From a virus (taxonomy: Duplodnaviria; Caudoviricetes): a DNA stretch of 63,413 nt. The stretch spans positions 1 to 63,413 of IMG/VR virus record IMGVR_UViG_3300017767_000008, one strand, 5' to 3'. The notes beneath the pieces were generated by a model. The model had not been told where the DNA came from, did not search any database, and saw only the letters and a program-made list of their open reading frames with translations. Positions 29,548 through 40,350 of the stretch are shown one piece after another. The first letter of the stretch is position 1, and each line of letters opens with the position of its first letter. The translations under genes and the position numbers were made by a program.

Positions 29548-30869
29548 ACCGCAATTATCGAAGAGCAAGGCGATTTGGAAATAACACATATCGTCTTTTG
29601 AGGACTTTTCCTCACGTCGATTCAAGGGGCAATCTTAGATCGCCCGAAGCTACAAAACTTCAAGCCGAACAGCAAGCCGATTTTTACAGAAACAAAGGAT
29701 TCAATGCAAGGGTTGTAAATTGGGTCGGAGGCTCTGGGATTTACCTTGGCAGAAGAAACCCAAGAACCTATTACAAAACAAAAGAAGAAGCAAGAAAGCA
29801 ATGGATGAAAGATATTGAACAAAATGATTACAATGCAGCAGCATTCGGTGTAGGAATGTCATTTTCTAATTCAGCCCAAGCCGGAGATTCTATCTTCTCT
29901 GCAGAAGCGGCAGAATTGGTTCCCAATCCAGAATACAAGTACAAAAATTCAATGTCAACCCTCGAAGATGCCTTAGAAGAAAGCAACGTAATTCCGGTCC
30001 ACATAGCAGAGCCGAAAGATGAGAATTATTCTAATGGTTTCGGACGCTCCCTTCGAATGGCTGGCTCACTTGATGAAGTCGGAAATTACGGGCAGATTGG
30101 TTGGGGTCCAGGTGAAATTCCACAAAAAAGAATGCCTCAAAAAATTGACAATCAAAGGTCGAGATTCAGAGTTGTGCTTTCTTTCAATCAAACCGATGAA
30201 CAAGGCCCAGGGGTCGGAGAAAGGCCGACTTATGCTTTCGCTACCAAAGAAGCAGCAATGAAATTTTCAAACAAACTAAAAGAAATGATTGACAAAAATG
30301 GATATTACTTGGAGGGAGGAACTTTAGAAAGCGGGGGAATGACGGTTAGATCACCTGCATTCGCCATCCCTGCAAATCAAATTGAAGTCGAGATTGTCAA
30401 AGAAGAATCAGGATTTGCTCAAAGGGCAGCAGATGAAGCTAGGGGGAGCATCGAAAGAAACCTCGATAGCCTTTTTCCATTAGGAAATGAACCTCCTGGC
30501 TTGATGGAAAATAGAAGGATGGCTGAATTGGACGTTGATTTTTCTAAGTTGGAAAAGGCTGCAAAGGATAAAATCGAACAGATGAAAAGAAGAACATCTA
30601 AAGTGGCGTTGACGGATTTTAGAAAATGGATGAAAGGCGAAGACAATTCATCAAGAGAAAATTCACTGCCATCAGCACCGCCACAACAGAATCTTTGGCC
30701 GATCACTGGAGCCGATGTTCTTTACATCGAGGACAAATTGCGTGAAAGGGATGGCTTCAATGAAAATATATCGCTTGCTGACAATATCAAAAACATGGTT
30801 GGAATGCAAGCATATCAAGAACTTATGGATTTCAACCAGCGGGCGAGGGAAAATCGGAGGGGTCTATAA
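29544..30869 (+). CDS. Tag-module protein of unknown function
   Basis: N-terminal RRFGNNTY...QADFYRNKGFNARVVNWVGGSGIY. Confidence 0.8.
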   Translation: MNRNYRRARRFGNNTYRLLRTFPHVDSRGNLRSPEATKLQAEQQADFYRNKGFNARVVNWVGGSGIYLGRRNPRTYYKTKEEARKQWMKDIEQNDYNAAAFGVGMSFSNSAQAGDSIFSAEAAELVPNPEYKYKNSMSTLEDALEESNVIPVHIAEPKDENYSNGFGRSLRMAGSLDEVGNYGQIGWGPGEIPQKRMPQKIDNQRSRFRVVLSFNQTDEQGPGVGERPTYAFATKEAAMKFSNKLKEMIDKNGYYLEGGTLESGGMTVRSPAFAIPANQIEVEIVKEESGFAQRAADEARGSIERNLDSLFPLGNEPPGLMENRRMAELDVDFSKLEKAAKDKIEQMKRRTSKVALTDFRKWMKGEDNSSRENSLPSAPPQQNLWPITGADVLYIEDKLRERDGFNENISLADNIKNMVGMQAYQELMDFNQRARENRRGL

Positions 30870-32836
30870 TGGCCGCTAGAATAAGGCGATTCAGAATTAA
30901 GGGAGATCCAACCCGATTTGACATATTTGGACTCGGCTGGAACAAAGCAAATATGCGGCGGGCTGCTGAAATAATAAGAAATAACGGATATTATGCAAGA
31001 GTTATCCCAAGCGGTTTTGACAAGACTATGAATTTACAAAAATATGCGTTATTTTACAGTCCAAAAAAGGCAACCCAAAGAGTAAATTTGGATGAAGCAT
31101 ATACAGGAATAGGACTGTCAAAAGATAGTTGGCGGTGGTTGAGGGAAAACAGTAGCAAGGTTGACCATAGGAAATTGACACCATCAAATCGAATGTTGCC
31201 TCAAAGAACTTCAACTTGGATTTTTAACAGACGATTGCCCGATGAAAAGTTCAATGAAAATGATTGGGATAAAGCACTTGCAGATCCCGATGGTGAAGAA
31301 CTGAGCAAGATGGATAAGGTGATTGCGAGAAGATTGGATATGAGCGTTGAAAAGTACATCGAACAAAGAGATTACGGGGAATCTGAAGCCCTCGAAGAAG
31401 AGGAAAGCGATGAAAATTATGAAGAACCTTGGTGGGAAAAAGAAGGAATGTATTACGATCCATTAGAACGATTTACAAAAGGAACAATAGCCGATTTAGA
31501 AGCAAGAGGAAAACAATCAGAAGAAATGCGCATGGAAGAAAAAAAGAACCGGGGAACTCAAACTGTAGCTTCAGAAGAAACATACCAGGGTGAAGGTTTC
31601 GATGATGACGACGAAAACGAAGAAGAAGATAATTGGACTGGCGACGACAAATACATGGAAATGATGGATTTTATCGGATACAATGATTCAGTATGGCGCG
31701 GTTTGAGCCCAACGATCCTAATGGGCTATCAGGGCAGCGTGTACGATGAACACGTCTTAGACGAAAAATCCTATGAAAAATTGTTGGATGATGCCGAAAG
31801 GCACAAGAAAAAATCACAAAAAAATGCTGAATTGTTTTTCTCTGGTTCGGGCAGGTTTTCGGACTTTGCCAAGTATGCCGAACGTTTGGGGGCTCCAAAA
31901 GAGAAAGACATTATCGCATTGCCCGTAGTATCACTCCGATATTGGAATGATGATAAAGAGCAATTGGAGTACCAACCGGATGATGACGGGCAAGACCGTT
32001 CTGCAGCATTGATGGTGAATGCAATCGGCAGTTGGTATTTGCACCCCAAAGTGCAAGAAACACTTTTTGATTTGCATTATGGAACGGGAGCCAAAGACTC
32101 TATTTTTGCTGCTGAAATGGCTATGCTACAATACGTCTTTAGTGGCGGAGGCGGATACCAAGAATTTTCGAATGCCGTCACTTGGAATGATGATATGCTA
32201 AATGAAAGAGTCCATGAGAATATATTGAATATTGGAGAATGGGAACTCCCACGACACGGCGTTAAAACGCCCGAAGTTGTTGTAGTCGGAACAGACATAG
32301 GTTTTTTCGACAGCAGAGGCCAACAACTCGGAATTAGAATAACTCCGGACACGGATGATGAAGTTGGTTGGGATCCATTCGGGGAATCAATCTCAGGAAC
32401 AAAATTCCCTCCATTCATCGAGTCCTTGTTCAAAGGACAGGAAGATTGGAACACTTCTGCAGTGAGTCAGGTATATTGGCGCGGTGAGCGAGTGTATGGA
32501 GATAGTGATCCAGCGAGAGGCGAAGTTCGAGAATGGCCCGATGAAACATTCTTCTTACTCAAAAATGACTTGACGGGCGAATTGAGCCCTGGTGAAATCG
32601 CTGGAATTTATGTCGGAAATACCCTAAACCTAAGCAAAGAAGAAGCACAAGATTATGTCAACAGGCACGCAACTTATGGTGCCGATTACGAAAACGACCA
32701 AGGCATAGATTACAGAGTATATGAAAATGAAGATTTCCTACAAGAAGCCAAAGACAGGAACGCATTAACTGTAAAACAATTCGCCAAGAAATACAAGTTA
32801 TCACAATGGAAAGAAGCAGAATTGAAACGTAAATAG
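30869..32836 (+). CDS. Tag-module protein with a very acidic body
   Basis: N-terminal RAAEIIRNNGYYARVIP...YALFY; D/E-rich tracts. Confidence 0.8.
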   Translation: MAARIRRFRIKGDPTRFDIFGLGWNKANMRRAAEIIRNNGYYARVIPSGFDKTMNLQKYALFYSPKKATQRVNLDEAYTGIGLSKDSWRWLRENSSKVDHRKLTPSNRMLPQRTSTWIFNRRLPDEKFNENDWDKALADPDGEELSKMDKVIARRLDMSVEKYIEQRDYGESEALEEEESDENYEEPWWEKEGMYYDPLERFTKGTIADLEARGKQSEEMRMEEKKNRGTQTVASEETYQGEGFDDDDENEEEDNWTGDDKYMEMMDFIGYNDSVWRGLSPTILMGYQGSVYDEHVLDEKSYEKLLDDAERHKKKSQKNAELFFSGSGRFSDFAKYAERLGAPKEKDIIALPVVSLRYWNDDKEQLEYQPDDDGQDRSAALMVNAIGSWYLHPKVQETLFDLHYGTGAKDSIFAAEMAMLQYVFSGGGGYQEFSNAVTWNDDMLNERVHENILNIGEWELPRHGVKTPEVVVVGTDIGFFDSRGQQLGIRITPDTDDEVGWDPFGESISGTKFPPFIESLFKGQEDWNTSAVSQVYWRGERVYGDSDPARGEVREWPDETFFLLKNDLTGELSPGEIAGIYVGNTLNLSKEEAQDYVNRHATYGADYENDQGIDYRVYENEDFLQEAKDRNALTVKQFAKKYKLSQWKEAELKRK

Positions 32837-32906
32837 AAGCGTAAAAGTGTGCATCGGGGTTGTGCAGCACAAAACACCATAAAAACAGAAGAACCTTAGT
32901 TAAGGC

Positions 32907-34757
32907 ATGAGCCGTCCATATCGAACCCCCGATACAGGAAAAAGAAGGCCAAAAAGAGGCTACATTCCTAGCAGCCAATATCCTCAACGTCGATATAGGA
33001 CATTCAAAAACAAGAACGGATCAAGGACGCTTTTCATTGGAACTTCATCATTGGTGATGAAAAGCAAGAAAGATGCAAACAAAAGAGCAGAAGCTCTGAG
33101 AAAGAATTACAATTTATTGGTTCGAACAATCAAAACGAAAAACGGGTGGCTCAATTTTGTTTCACCGAATAGGATGAGAATATACAACAGAACAATAATC
33201 CCATTCCAAAATTTCCAAGACGCAACATTCGGCATGGATACTCCAAGATTGGTCGATTGGTTAAGCAAACAACCAGAATATGTATCCGAATTATCTTGGC
33301 AAGAAAACCTTCGACGCATAGGCGGTGATGAAGCGCTCAACACGCTAGCACAACTACAAAACCCGGAAGGATTCATGGGCCGCATGAAGAAGCAGGTCGA
33401 AACAGAAAAGGCGATTGCTACAGGATGGAATCAAATGATGATTGACCAGGGATTCGCTAAAGAGGGAGAACTTTCAACAGAAACCGCAACTCAACTGAAA
33501 GAATCGGATACCGTTTTTGATATTCTCGGAATAAACGATGAAAAACCCGATCAACAATTAAACAATGATATTTTCAATCAATGGTTCGATGAAGGTTTAG
33601 AGCAGTTCCCTACGTCTTCACAAGAAAGGAAAAACAAGACAAAGGCGCTTGAAGATATTCTCGAAGATAGAATTGCTAGCGAACCTGCGACACAATCAAC
33701 TCCATTATCAAGGGAATTGTCCGATCAGTTCTCAAGTATTTTCAATGAGGCAATATGGGGCGAAGATGATACAATCACAAGACCAGACGGAACCGTTGTT
33801 ATGAAACCGATGTTGGAACAAGACATGAGCCCAACTTTAGGATTCTCACAACCTAGCATGGAATTCATATCGAAATCAGGCGGCTCAAGGGGGTTGTGGA
33901 CTTTTCAGCCCGTTGAAGCTGGAATGTGGGGTGATCCGGAAATGCAATTAGAAACACGAAGAGCATGGCTTGTTTCGGATTCTTTAGGAACGGTCATTCA
34001 AGCGTATCCCTATCAAGAAGGCGAAGGTGCTAGGGCTGAAGCGGACGCTTATGAAGCAATTAGGCAAGCATATATCTTTGCTACTGAAGCATCGGCATCC
34101 GAGCCGTACACAAGAGCCGGATACCAAAAACACGGCAGTTTATCTCCTGGCGTTGCCGTCATTGATGGAAAGGTGACAATTAACCAGTATGGAAAATGGT
34201 TGGGATGGGACGTGAATCATACAACAGATGATGGGCGACTTCAATCGGGCGACTATACTTTGTTTATTGACCAAGAAGTTTTAGATCAAGATGACCCACA
34301 AACAACTGCTGCAATGACACGAAATTGGATTTTACCAAAATGGCTCCCTACATCTGGAGGGATGCCGCCAAAAGACCCGATGAGGGATAGGTTGGAGGCA
34401 ATCATTGGTCAAGAAGGAATCACTTCTGCAGAGGTTCAAGCCGCGCAAGTTAGGGCAAAAGTCGCTACAGAACAAGGAGCAACCGCACAAGAAATTCTTG
34501 ATGCAATGAATCTCAATAGATACATCGTCAAGCAAAGAAGCGGACAACCAGTGACTAAATTCACACCTGATTACAAGTCTGCAATGAGAACCATGCAAGG
34601 ATTCACAGCTCAAGACGTTGGGGCTCAAACATTGTTTGTTTATCAAGCGCCATCATCTGCTAATGGATCCATCAAAGAAGAGCAGAGTAAATTGTATGCT
34701 GAACTCCAGTGGTCGCCTGACAGAAGAGAATGGCTTGTTAGTTATGCGGGGCAGTAA
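32907..34757 (+). CDS. Tag-module protein of unknown function
   Basis: SKKDANKRAEALRKNYNLLVRTIKTKNGWLNF; preceded by the shared promoter element. Confidence 0.8.
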   Translation: MSRPYRTPDTGKRRPKRGYIPSSQYPQRRYRTFKNKNGSRTLFIGTSSLVMKSKKDANKRAEALRKNYNLLVRTIKTKNGWLNFVSPNRMRIYNRTIIPFQNFQDATFGMDTPRLVDWLSKQPEYVSELSWQENLRRIGGDEALNTLAQLQNPEGFMGRMKKQVETEKAIATGWNQMMIDQGFAKEGELSTETATQLKESDTVFDILGINDEKPDQQLNNDIFNQWFDEGLEQFPTSSQERKNKTKALEDILEDRIASEPATQSTPLSRELSDQFSSIFNEAIWGEDDTITRPDGTVVMKPMLEQDMSPTLGFSQPSMEFISKSGGSRGLWTFQPVEAGMWGDPEMQLETRRAWLVSDSLGTVIQAYPYQEGEGARAEADAYEAIRQAYIFATEASASEPYTRAGYQKHGSLSPGVAVIDGKVTINQYGKWLGWDVNHTTDDGRLQSGDYTLFIDQEVLDQDDPQTTAAMTRNWILPKWLPTSGGMPPKDPMRDRLEAIIGQEGITSAEVQAAQVRAKVATEQGATAQEILDAMNLNRYIVKQRSGQPVTKFTPDYKSAMRTMQGFTAQDVGAQTLFVYQAPSSANGSIKEEQSKLYAELQWSPDRREWLVSYAGQ

Positions 34758-34759
34758 TT

Positions 34760-35347
34760 ATGACAACAGCAACAGAAGGAATACTTGACCCACAATGGGA
34801 GCCGATGGTCGGATTATTTTTGACCGTACTTTACATCGTTTTAATTAGAGCCAGGTACGATTCTAAGAATTATGGAAAAGGGGCTTTTGGAATATTCGAA
34901 AACCCGCTTATTTTCGCCGCTTTGGTGATTGTTCCATTTATGACTCACTTTTGGCACATTCTTTTCGGAGAAGGGAGCATTGCAGAATATGGAGGCTCAA
35001 CCTTTTTCTCGATTTTTTCAATCGACATTTCTGATTGGATTGTATGGGGCGGCTGGAATCCTTCAGAGGGGCTTGGAATAGACGGCGCTTTAATCAACAC
35101 TTACGAATTCACAACTACTGCATACATGGTTTTGGCCTATTCCTTGATTCACTTGTATTACAAAGATTCGAGATGGCTTGTTGATCCAACTTCGGGATTC
35201 TTTGATAGCAACTGGCCCGGACTTATTTTCATCGGCTCTATTTTCCTTGTATATTCGGGAATATTCAGTTGGAATGCAAACCAAATGCTAGTTGCAGATT
35301 TCTTTTATTGTTTCAATGCTTTTAGAATAATGTTGAGGATTTGGTGA
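34760..35347 (+). CDS. Multi-TM membrane protein
   Basis: Four to five hydrophobic segments; GAFGIFENPLIFAAL weakly resembles 21970. Confidence 0.75.
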   Translation: MTTATEGILDPQWEPMVGLFLTVLYIVLIRARYDSKNYGKGAFGIFENPLIFAALVIVPFMTHFWHILFGEGSIAEYGGSTFFSIFSIDISDWIVWGGWNPSEGLGIDGALINTYEFTTTAYMVLAYSLIHLYYKDSRWLVDPTSGFFDSNWPGLIFIGSIFLVYSGIFSWNANQMLVADFFYCFNAFRIMLRIW

Positions 35348-35351
35348 TTAA

Positions 35352-35792
35352 ATGGTTGCGTGGGCTCGAATGTTAGATGGAAAGCGATATGTCCTTTCGG
35401 ATCATTCACTTGGAAAGATGGATGCACAAAGAATACAAAAAAGGCATAAGCAACTTGGGCTAAATGCCCAAGTTATACGTCATGCTAATGGAAAGTATGC
35501 CGTTTATCGAAGATGCGGTTCTATAATGAATCGAGCAAATCCTCGAAAAAGGAAAAAGCAAATCCACGTCAACCAATTTATGATTCGAAGCAATCTAAAA
35601 GTTCCAGTTGCGGAGCGAAGGCCACCTATCACAATACAAACGAGCAGAGGCAGCATTAGGGCAACCAATGTGACAATGCTTGGAGATTCGAAGGTGAAAT
35701 ACACACCAGACCAAAAATTGTCTTGTGGAGCTTCAGTGTATATTGAAACAGACGATCCAATTGAACTCGATGATTGTGCTAAAATGGAGTGA
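35352..35792 (+). CDS. Tag module fused to a conserved phage hypothetical domain
   Basis: RMLDGKRY...GLNAQVIRHANGKYAVY, then IHVNQ...PPITI...KLSCGASVYIET. Confidence 0.75.
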   Translation: MVAWARMLDGKRYVLSDHSLGKMDAQRIQKRHKQLGLNAQVIRHANGKYAVYRRCGSIMNRANPRKRKKQIHVNQFMIRSNLKVPVAERRPPITIQTSRGSIRATNVTMLGDSKVKYTPDQKLSCGASVYIETDDPIELDDCAKME

Positions 35793-35796
35793 TAAA

Positions 35797-35934
35797 ATGA
35801 CTGCTTACGATGAAATGACCTTAGAGGAACTGATTTCTTGGAAATCACACTATCTAAATGAAATAGCAGAAATTGATGCAAATATCGAACCTAAATTGAT
35901 AAAAATAGATTTAGAGGTGATTCCACTTGAATGA
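35797..35934 (+). CDS. Small acidic protein (45 aa)
   Basis: GGAGTGA SD before ATG 35797. Confidence 0.5.
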   Translation: MTAYDEMTLEELISWKSHYLNEIAEIDANIEPKLIKIDLEVIPLE

Positions 35935-38014
35935 AGAAGATGCAAACGCACTTAAGAAGATAACCGGGGCAACTACCGCAGACAACAGAGAATTGTCTAA
36001 AGTTCTGGAATCAATGCTAACAAGAGGCAACAAAGCAGATCGTTTAGTTGCCGAAGGCGCTGCGGTCGAAATGCGAAGAGATAGTCCGCCGAACGTGATT
36101 GCACGAAAAATGCTAGACGGTTCAATCGAATCGCCAAGACGATACAACAAGAGAGTCCGAGTGCATGGAGAAAGCGTCGATGTACCAAATCTTGACGGTA
36201 TCATCATTGATTCATCGGGCAAACCTGGAGATTTTTACATGAGAAGGGTCGGACCGAACGCTGGCAAAGTGTACCGAGAAAGAGGGGGTCCTTCAGATAT
36301 GTCAATCACAATCGACCAAGAAAAGTCCGGTTTGATGCCCGATTTCGCCTTTTACCAATTTCAAGCTATGGAACGATTGCTAAACGCTCGAAAGCGGGGA
36401 GCCGCCCAGCAATCAATTAGGCATAGCGACGTGTATGAAGTGTATGCCAACCGTTTCATACCGAAAGAAAACATCGAACAAATGAAAATGAGGGTCGCAA
36501 TGCTTGAACGGGCTCAACAAATGAGCCTAAACGAAGCAATGGATTTCATGCGAAATATTGCCAATGAAAATGTGATGTATAACGAAGAAACTCAAGAAGT
36601 TAGATTGCCCTTCGAAATGCAAGTCAAACTACAAGAGGCAAACAGAATTCTAGGTCAAGAAGCAACTAAACAAGGAATGACCGTAAATCAATTTTTGAAC
36701 CGGGGAACCGGTCCAAGACCAGGGCGGACTTACATGAGAGAAGAAGACGCATGGGAACGCTGGAATTCTTCAGGGCAACGTGATGACGACATGGCTGGAA
36801 TGACCGACCCCGAATCCGAACGTTCAAGTGATATTCTGGATCGCTATCTCTATGATGACAGCCCCGATATGTTAAGCAAAGAAGAGATGGACGTGCTAAT
36901 CTCAAGAAACGGATATTATGAAATGAATGATTCTGAAAAGGCCGATGCAATCCTCAGCATCGTCGCAGATCGCAATAAATCAGCAATTGTAAAACGCCGT
37001 AAAAGCGGTGTTGAAATGATGATTGAGCGCAAAGAAAAGGAAATTGAACGCAAACGGTACGAATATGCGACCGATTGGGCGATACGTTTCATGGAAGATT
37101 GGGATAAAGAGATGAAAAAAGCGATTGAAGAAAACCCGGACTTCTCAGCACGCGAATCGGGTCTATCTCAAGACGGAGATTATTCGGAAATAGGCTCTGT
37201 AAAAGGGTATGAATGGGTTCCCGAAACAGGAACTTTAGAGATTTTTTTTGAAGATTCCAGGGGCAAAGAACTGCCGACTGAAAAAATCCCATTTGAGAAA
37301 TTGTTCGATGCTCCAGAAGAAGCCCTTCAGTGGGAGGTACAAGCAGTTATCGGGCGAAAGGTGCCGAAAAAAATGCGATACACCGACAACAATATGGAAT
37401 ATACGCTCACAGGAATAGATCAAGACAAAGTATTCAACCAAACTCTTGAGTATTCTTTGACTGATCCAAGCATAAAGACGCTTGACGATATGAGGATGGA
37501 ACCTGATACAATGATTGAGGTTGAACCAAGAGATTTATTGAACCAAGAAGGCGACACTTTTGACAAATTCTATTACAGGAAATTGCCAATAGTTCCATCG
37601 GGAACAAACTGCAATAACTGTCCGTCAAACGAATGCCGAAATTGCCCTAACAAGTACATTCCATTTTTGCCGAAGCCATTGCCTCCAGCAACAAGTCAAA
37701 TTTTCAACCGTAAGATTAACGATTATACATGGAACGCTGCAGCAAGAAGGCTTGATACTATGTCTTTGCCTCCAACATACGTTCGGACAGTCAATACAAG
37801 CAAAGGAAAGAGAACATTTGTAAATTACGGCACAGCCTGGTCGAGCAAAGAAGAAGCAATCAGAGCCGCTAACACACTTAGGCAAAAAGACATTAACGGG
37901 CAGAAAAGATACGGCGGTGAAAGAAGCGTTTATGTTCGAACAATCCCAACTAAATTCAAGAACGTCACGGTTTATCGAAACTTTGTAGCTTGGCGTAGGG
38001 GTGAACAAAAATGA
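35927..38014 (+). CDS. Multidomain protein: HsdS-TRD-like segment, Cys cluster and C-terminal tag
   Basis: DFYMRRVG...LMPDFAFYQF...RGAAQQSI; CNNCPSNECRNC; SSKEEAIRAANTLR...YVRTIP...YRNF. Confidence 0.75.
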   Translation: MNEEDANALKKITGATTADNRELSKVLESMLTRGNKADRLVAEGAAVEMRRDSPPNVIARKMLDGSIESPRRYNKRVRVHGESVDVPNLDGIIIDSSGKPGDFYMRRVGPNAGKVYRERGGPSDMSITIDQEKSGLMPDFAFYQFQAMERLLNARKRGAAQQSIRHSDVYEVYANRFIPKENIEQMKMRVAMLERAQQMSLNEAMDFMRNIANENVMYNEETQEVRLPFEMQVKLQEANRILGQEATKQGMTVNQFLNRGTGPRPGRTYMREEDAWERWNSSGQRDDDMAGMTDPESERSSDILDRYLYDDSPDMLSKEEMDVLISRNGYYEMNDSEKADAILSIVADRNKSAIVKRRKSGVEMMIERKEKEIERKRYEYATDWAIRFMEDWDKEMKKAIEENPDFSARESGLSQDGDYSEIGSVKGYEWVPETGTLEIFFEDSRGKELPTEKIPFEKLFDAPEEALQWEVQAVIGRKVPKKMRYTDNNMEYTLTGIDQDKVFNQTLEYSLTDPSIKTLDDMRMEPDTMIEVEPRDLLNQEGDTFDKFYYRKLPIVPSGTNCNNCPSNECRNCPNKYIPFLPKPLPPATSQIFNRKINDYTWNAAARRLDTMSLPPTYVRTVNTSKGKRTFVNYGTAWSSKEEAIRAANTLRQKDINGQKRYGGERSVYVRTIPTKFKNVTVYRNFVAWRRGEQK

Positions 38015-40350
38015 AAAAAGTTAGGATCCCCGTGAAAGATTCAACCAATATGAATCAAAAAGACCTTGCTCAAGGGAAAAAGGTCATCGGTGGGATTATG
38101 AAAGACCATTTTTCAGCAAATGAAATTAAAGATTTTGAGAAAAACGGAATCACTATGGAAATTAAGAAATTGCCTCCAGATATTGCCGGACAATCTCAAG
38201 GCAATAAAATATATTTCGACCCCGATACGATCAAGAGAGCAGACGGGGTGACTGAAGACGTTGTTGTGCATGAATTGGTTCACGCATACAATCGCTTCAG
38301 GGAGGTGAATAATCCAAAAACGTTTATTCGAAAGGAATCCTCTTCACCAAAACCACAAGATATTCAAAACGATATTGAAATTGAAGAAGCCGTGACTGAG
38401 GCCATAACAACATCACGCTTGGCTAAGTTCGATGAATCACAAGGAGAAACATTCGCTCTTGAAAGGGGCGCTCTAAACAAGCGATATAGTGCATCATTAG
38501 CTCAAAGACAGAAGAAATTACAAGAGGCGATTCGAACTGGTGCAAAACCCGATCCCAATTATGAACCTTTCAAGAATATGCCGGAGCCGATGACAAGAGA
38601 AGAAGCAGAAAGACTCGGAGTTATGCACTCTGAAATCGTCCGTGAAAAGTATGACAAAGAACGCCAATTAAATCAAACCATAGAAAACAAAGTAAAGGAC
38701 ATTTGGGAAAAGCCAAACTGGACGAGAAAACGACTTACGACTAAGGAGAAGCAGAAGATTTTGAACGAATCATGGCAAGAGGTCTATGGGATTGATGCAC
38801 CAGGTTATGAATTAGACGTGAACAGAACAGGCGGTCCTTTGGGGAATGATCCAAACAGGTACGAACTCAAACGATATGATGAATCCATGTTAGAAGCAGA
38901 TTTAGACACCGACCCCGTTTCAGGCGCTCAATCAAACCGAAGATACAAAGTTGGAGGAAAGGTTAGAAATTTTCCTTTAGCAGCAATCGGGTATGACAAA
39001 GATAATTTGGAAATTTACGCTGACGAATTGAGGGAGAAAGGATTCTGGGTTCGACGTGTAGCCATAAATTACGACTCAACTACTGCAGCCCGAAGATGGG
39101 CTTTGTTTGTTCATCCTAAAAATGAAGTCGCAGACCCTTCGACCGGAGCAGGGCGAATTGCACAACAACTGGCAATCGAGTATGAAAATGACCCAATGCA
39201 CCCTCAATTTGGCGCAAGAGTCAGAAGTGCATTGAAGAGCTTCATAGCACCGTCGCAAGAAAGCCTTGTATTGGATTCAATGGATCCTAGATGGCGAGAC
39301 CAATTTGGCGAAGGACCGATTGCCTCAAATGTGCGCCTCTTCAACAAGGAAAAAAACCCATTTCACGAAACAGGAAAACCCTCATTTGTATTCAACCCAA
39401 GAAATGATCCTTTAGTCACATGGGGCGAAGGCAAAAACAAGTATGTCAGCCAAGATGACCCCGATTTCAGAAATTGGCTAATTGATTTCAATGGACCAAT
39501 TGGAGATGATTTTGCACAACTTACATTCACTGAAAAATTGAATATCTTAGCGCAATACAGACTAAACACATTTGATTTCGCACCGGAAAGATGGAACAAC
39601 AAAAAAGGCAACAAACCGCGAAGATACAATAGGGGAAATTATCGCTTAAACGCAATACCAACTGATAGGGGCGCACTTCTCGAACAAATGATGGATGGCG
39701 ACCCAACTAACCGACTCGATGAAAGAGCCGGTCAGGTCTATGGCTTAGAAGACGCATACGTTCTCCGGCATCAATTTATGAATCGAGGGCGTATTGAAGA
39801 AATCACCGTAGGTATATATCAAACGCAACAAGACGCTATCAATTATGCAAATGCAAACCCGTTAGCCGAAGGAGCCTATGAGATACATGAAGTGCCATCA
39901 GAAACCGTCCTTGAATTTTACAGAGCATGGCCTTATTACTTCAAAAGAGGGGATGAGCATTGGATCAAAACGGGAATCGAAGGAGAAGATATTGTTTTTG
40001 AAAGCATAGGATTCACTGAGGCAGGTTCGCCAACAAAATTCACCCGCCCCTGGACTGAGGAATCATGGGAGATGGATGAAACCTATGCTGGCAACCGTCT
40101 TATTGATCGAGTCAACACCGGACCAATTGAAGCTCTAAACCAACAATCGACAATTGACCAAAGGCCAAACATAACAAATCAACTATTCTTTCGAAAAATT
40201 TCCGGAAAGACATATCGAGGAATTGGAGGCACGCTTTCAAAACCCCATGCAAGATATGTTGCGCAGAACATGAGAAATGCTGGATTTAATGCCAGGGTTA
40301 TTCCCTCTGCAAAGGGTCATCGGGTTTATTTGAGGCGTAGGAATGTCTAA
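38011..40350 (+). CDS. Zincin (HExxH) metallopeptidase-domain protein with two tag modules
   Basis: AGQ...KIYF...VVVHELVHAY...IEEAVTE; internal ADELREKGFWVRRV; C-terminal RKISGKTY...MRNAGFNARVIPSAKGHRVY. Confidence 0.8.
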   Translation: MKKVRIPVKDSTNMNQKDLAQGKKVIGGIMKDHFSANEIKDFEKNGITMEIKKLPPDIAGQSQGNKIYFDPDTIKRADGVTEDVVVHELVHAYNRFREVNNPKTFIRKESSSPKPQDIQNDIEIEEAVTEAITTSRLAKFDESQGETFALERGALNKRYSASLAQRQKKLQEAIRTGAKPDPNYEPFKNMPEPMTREEAERLGVMHSEIVREKYDKERQLNQTIENKVKDIWEKPNWTRKRLTTKEKQKILNESWQEVYGIDAPGYELDVNRTGGPLGNDPNRYELKRYDESMLEADLDTDPVSGAQSNRRYKVGGKVRNFPLAAIGYDKDNLEIYADELREKGFWVRRVAINYDSTTAARRWALFVHPKNEVADPSTGAGRIAQQLAIEYENDPMHPQFGARVRSALKSFIAPSQESLVLDSMDPRWRDQFGEGPIASNVRLFNKEKNPFHETGKPSFVFNPRNDPLVTWGEGKNKYVSQDDPDFRNWLIDFNGPIGDDFAQLTFTEKLNILAQYRLNTFDFAPERWNNKKGNKPRRYNRGNYRLNAIPTDRGALLEQMMDGDPTNRLDERAGQVYGLEDAYVLRHQFMNRGRIEEITVGIYQTQQDAINYANANPLAEGAYEIHEVPSETVLEFYRAWPYYFKRGDEHWIKTGIEGEDIVFESIGFTEAGSPTKFTRPWTEESWEMDETYAGNRLIDRVNTGPIEALNQQSTIDQRPNITNQLFFRKISGKTYRGIGGTLSKPHARYVAQNMRNAGFNARVIPSAKGHRVYLRRRNV

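Noticed and set aside
36230-36440. A functional type I restriction-modification system
   Set aside because: Only a partial TRD-like segment is present, with no HsdM or HsdR.
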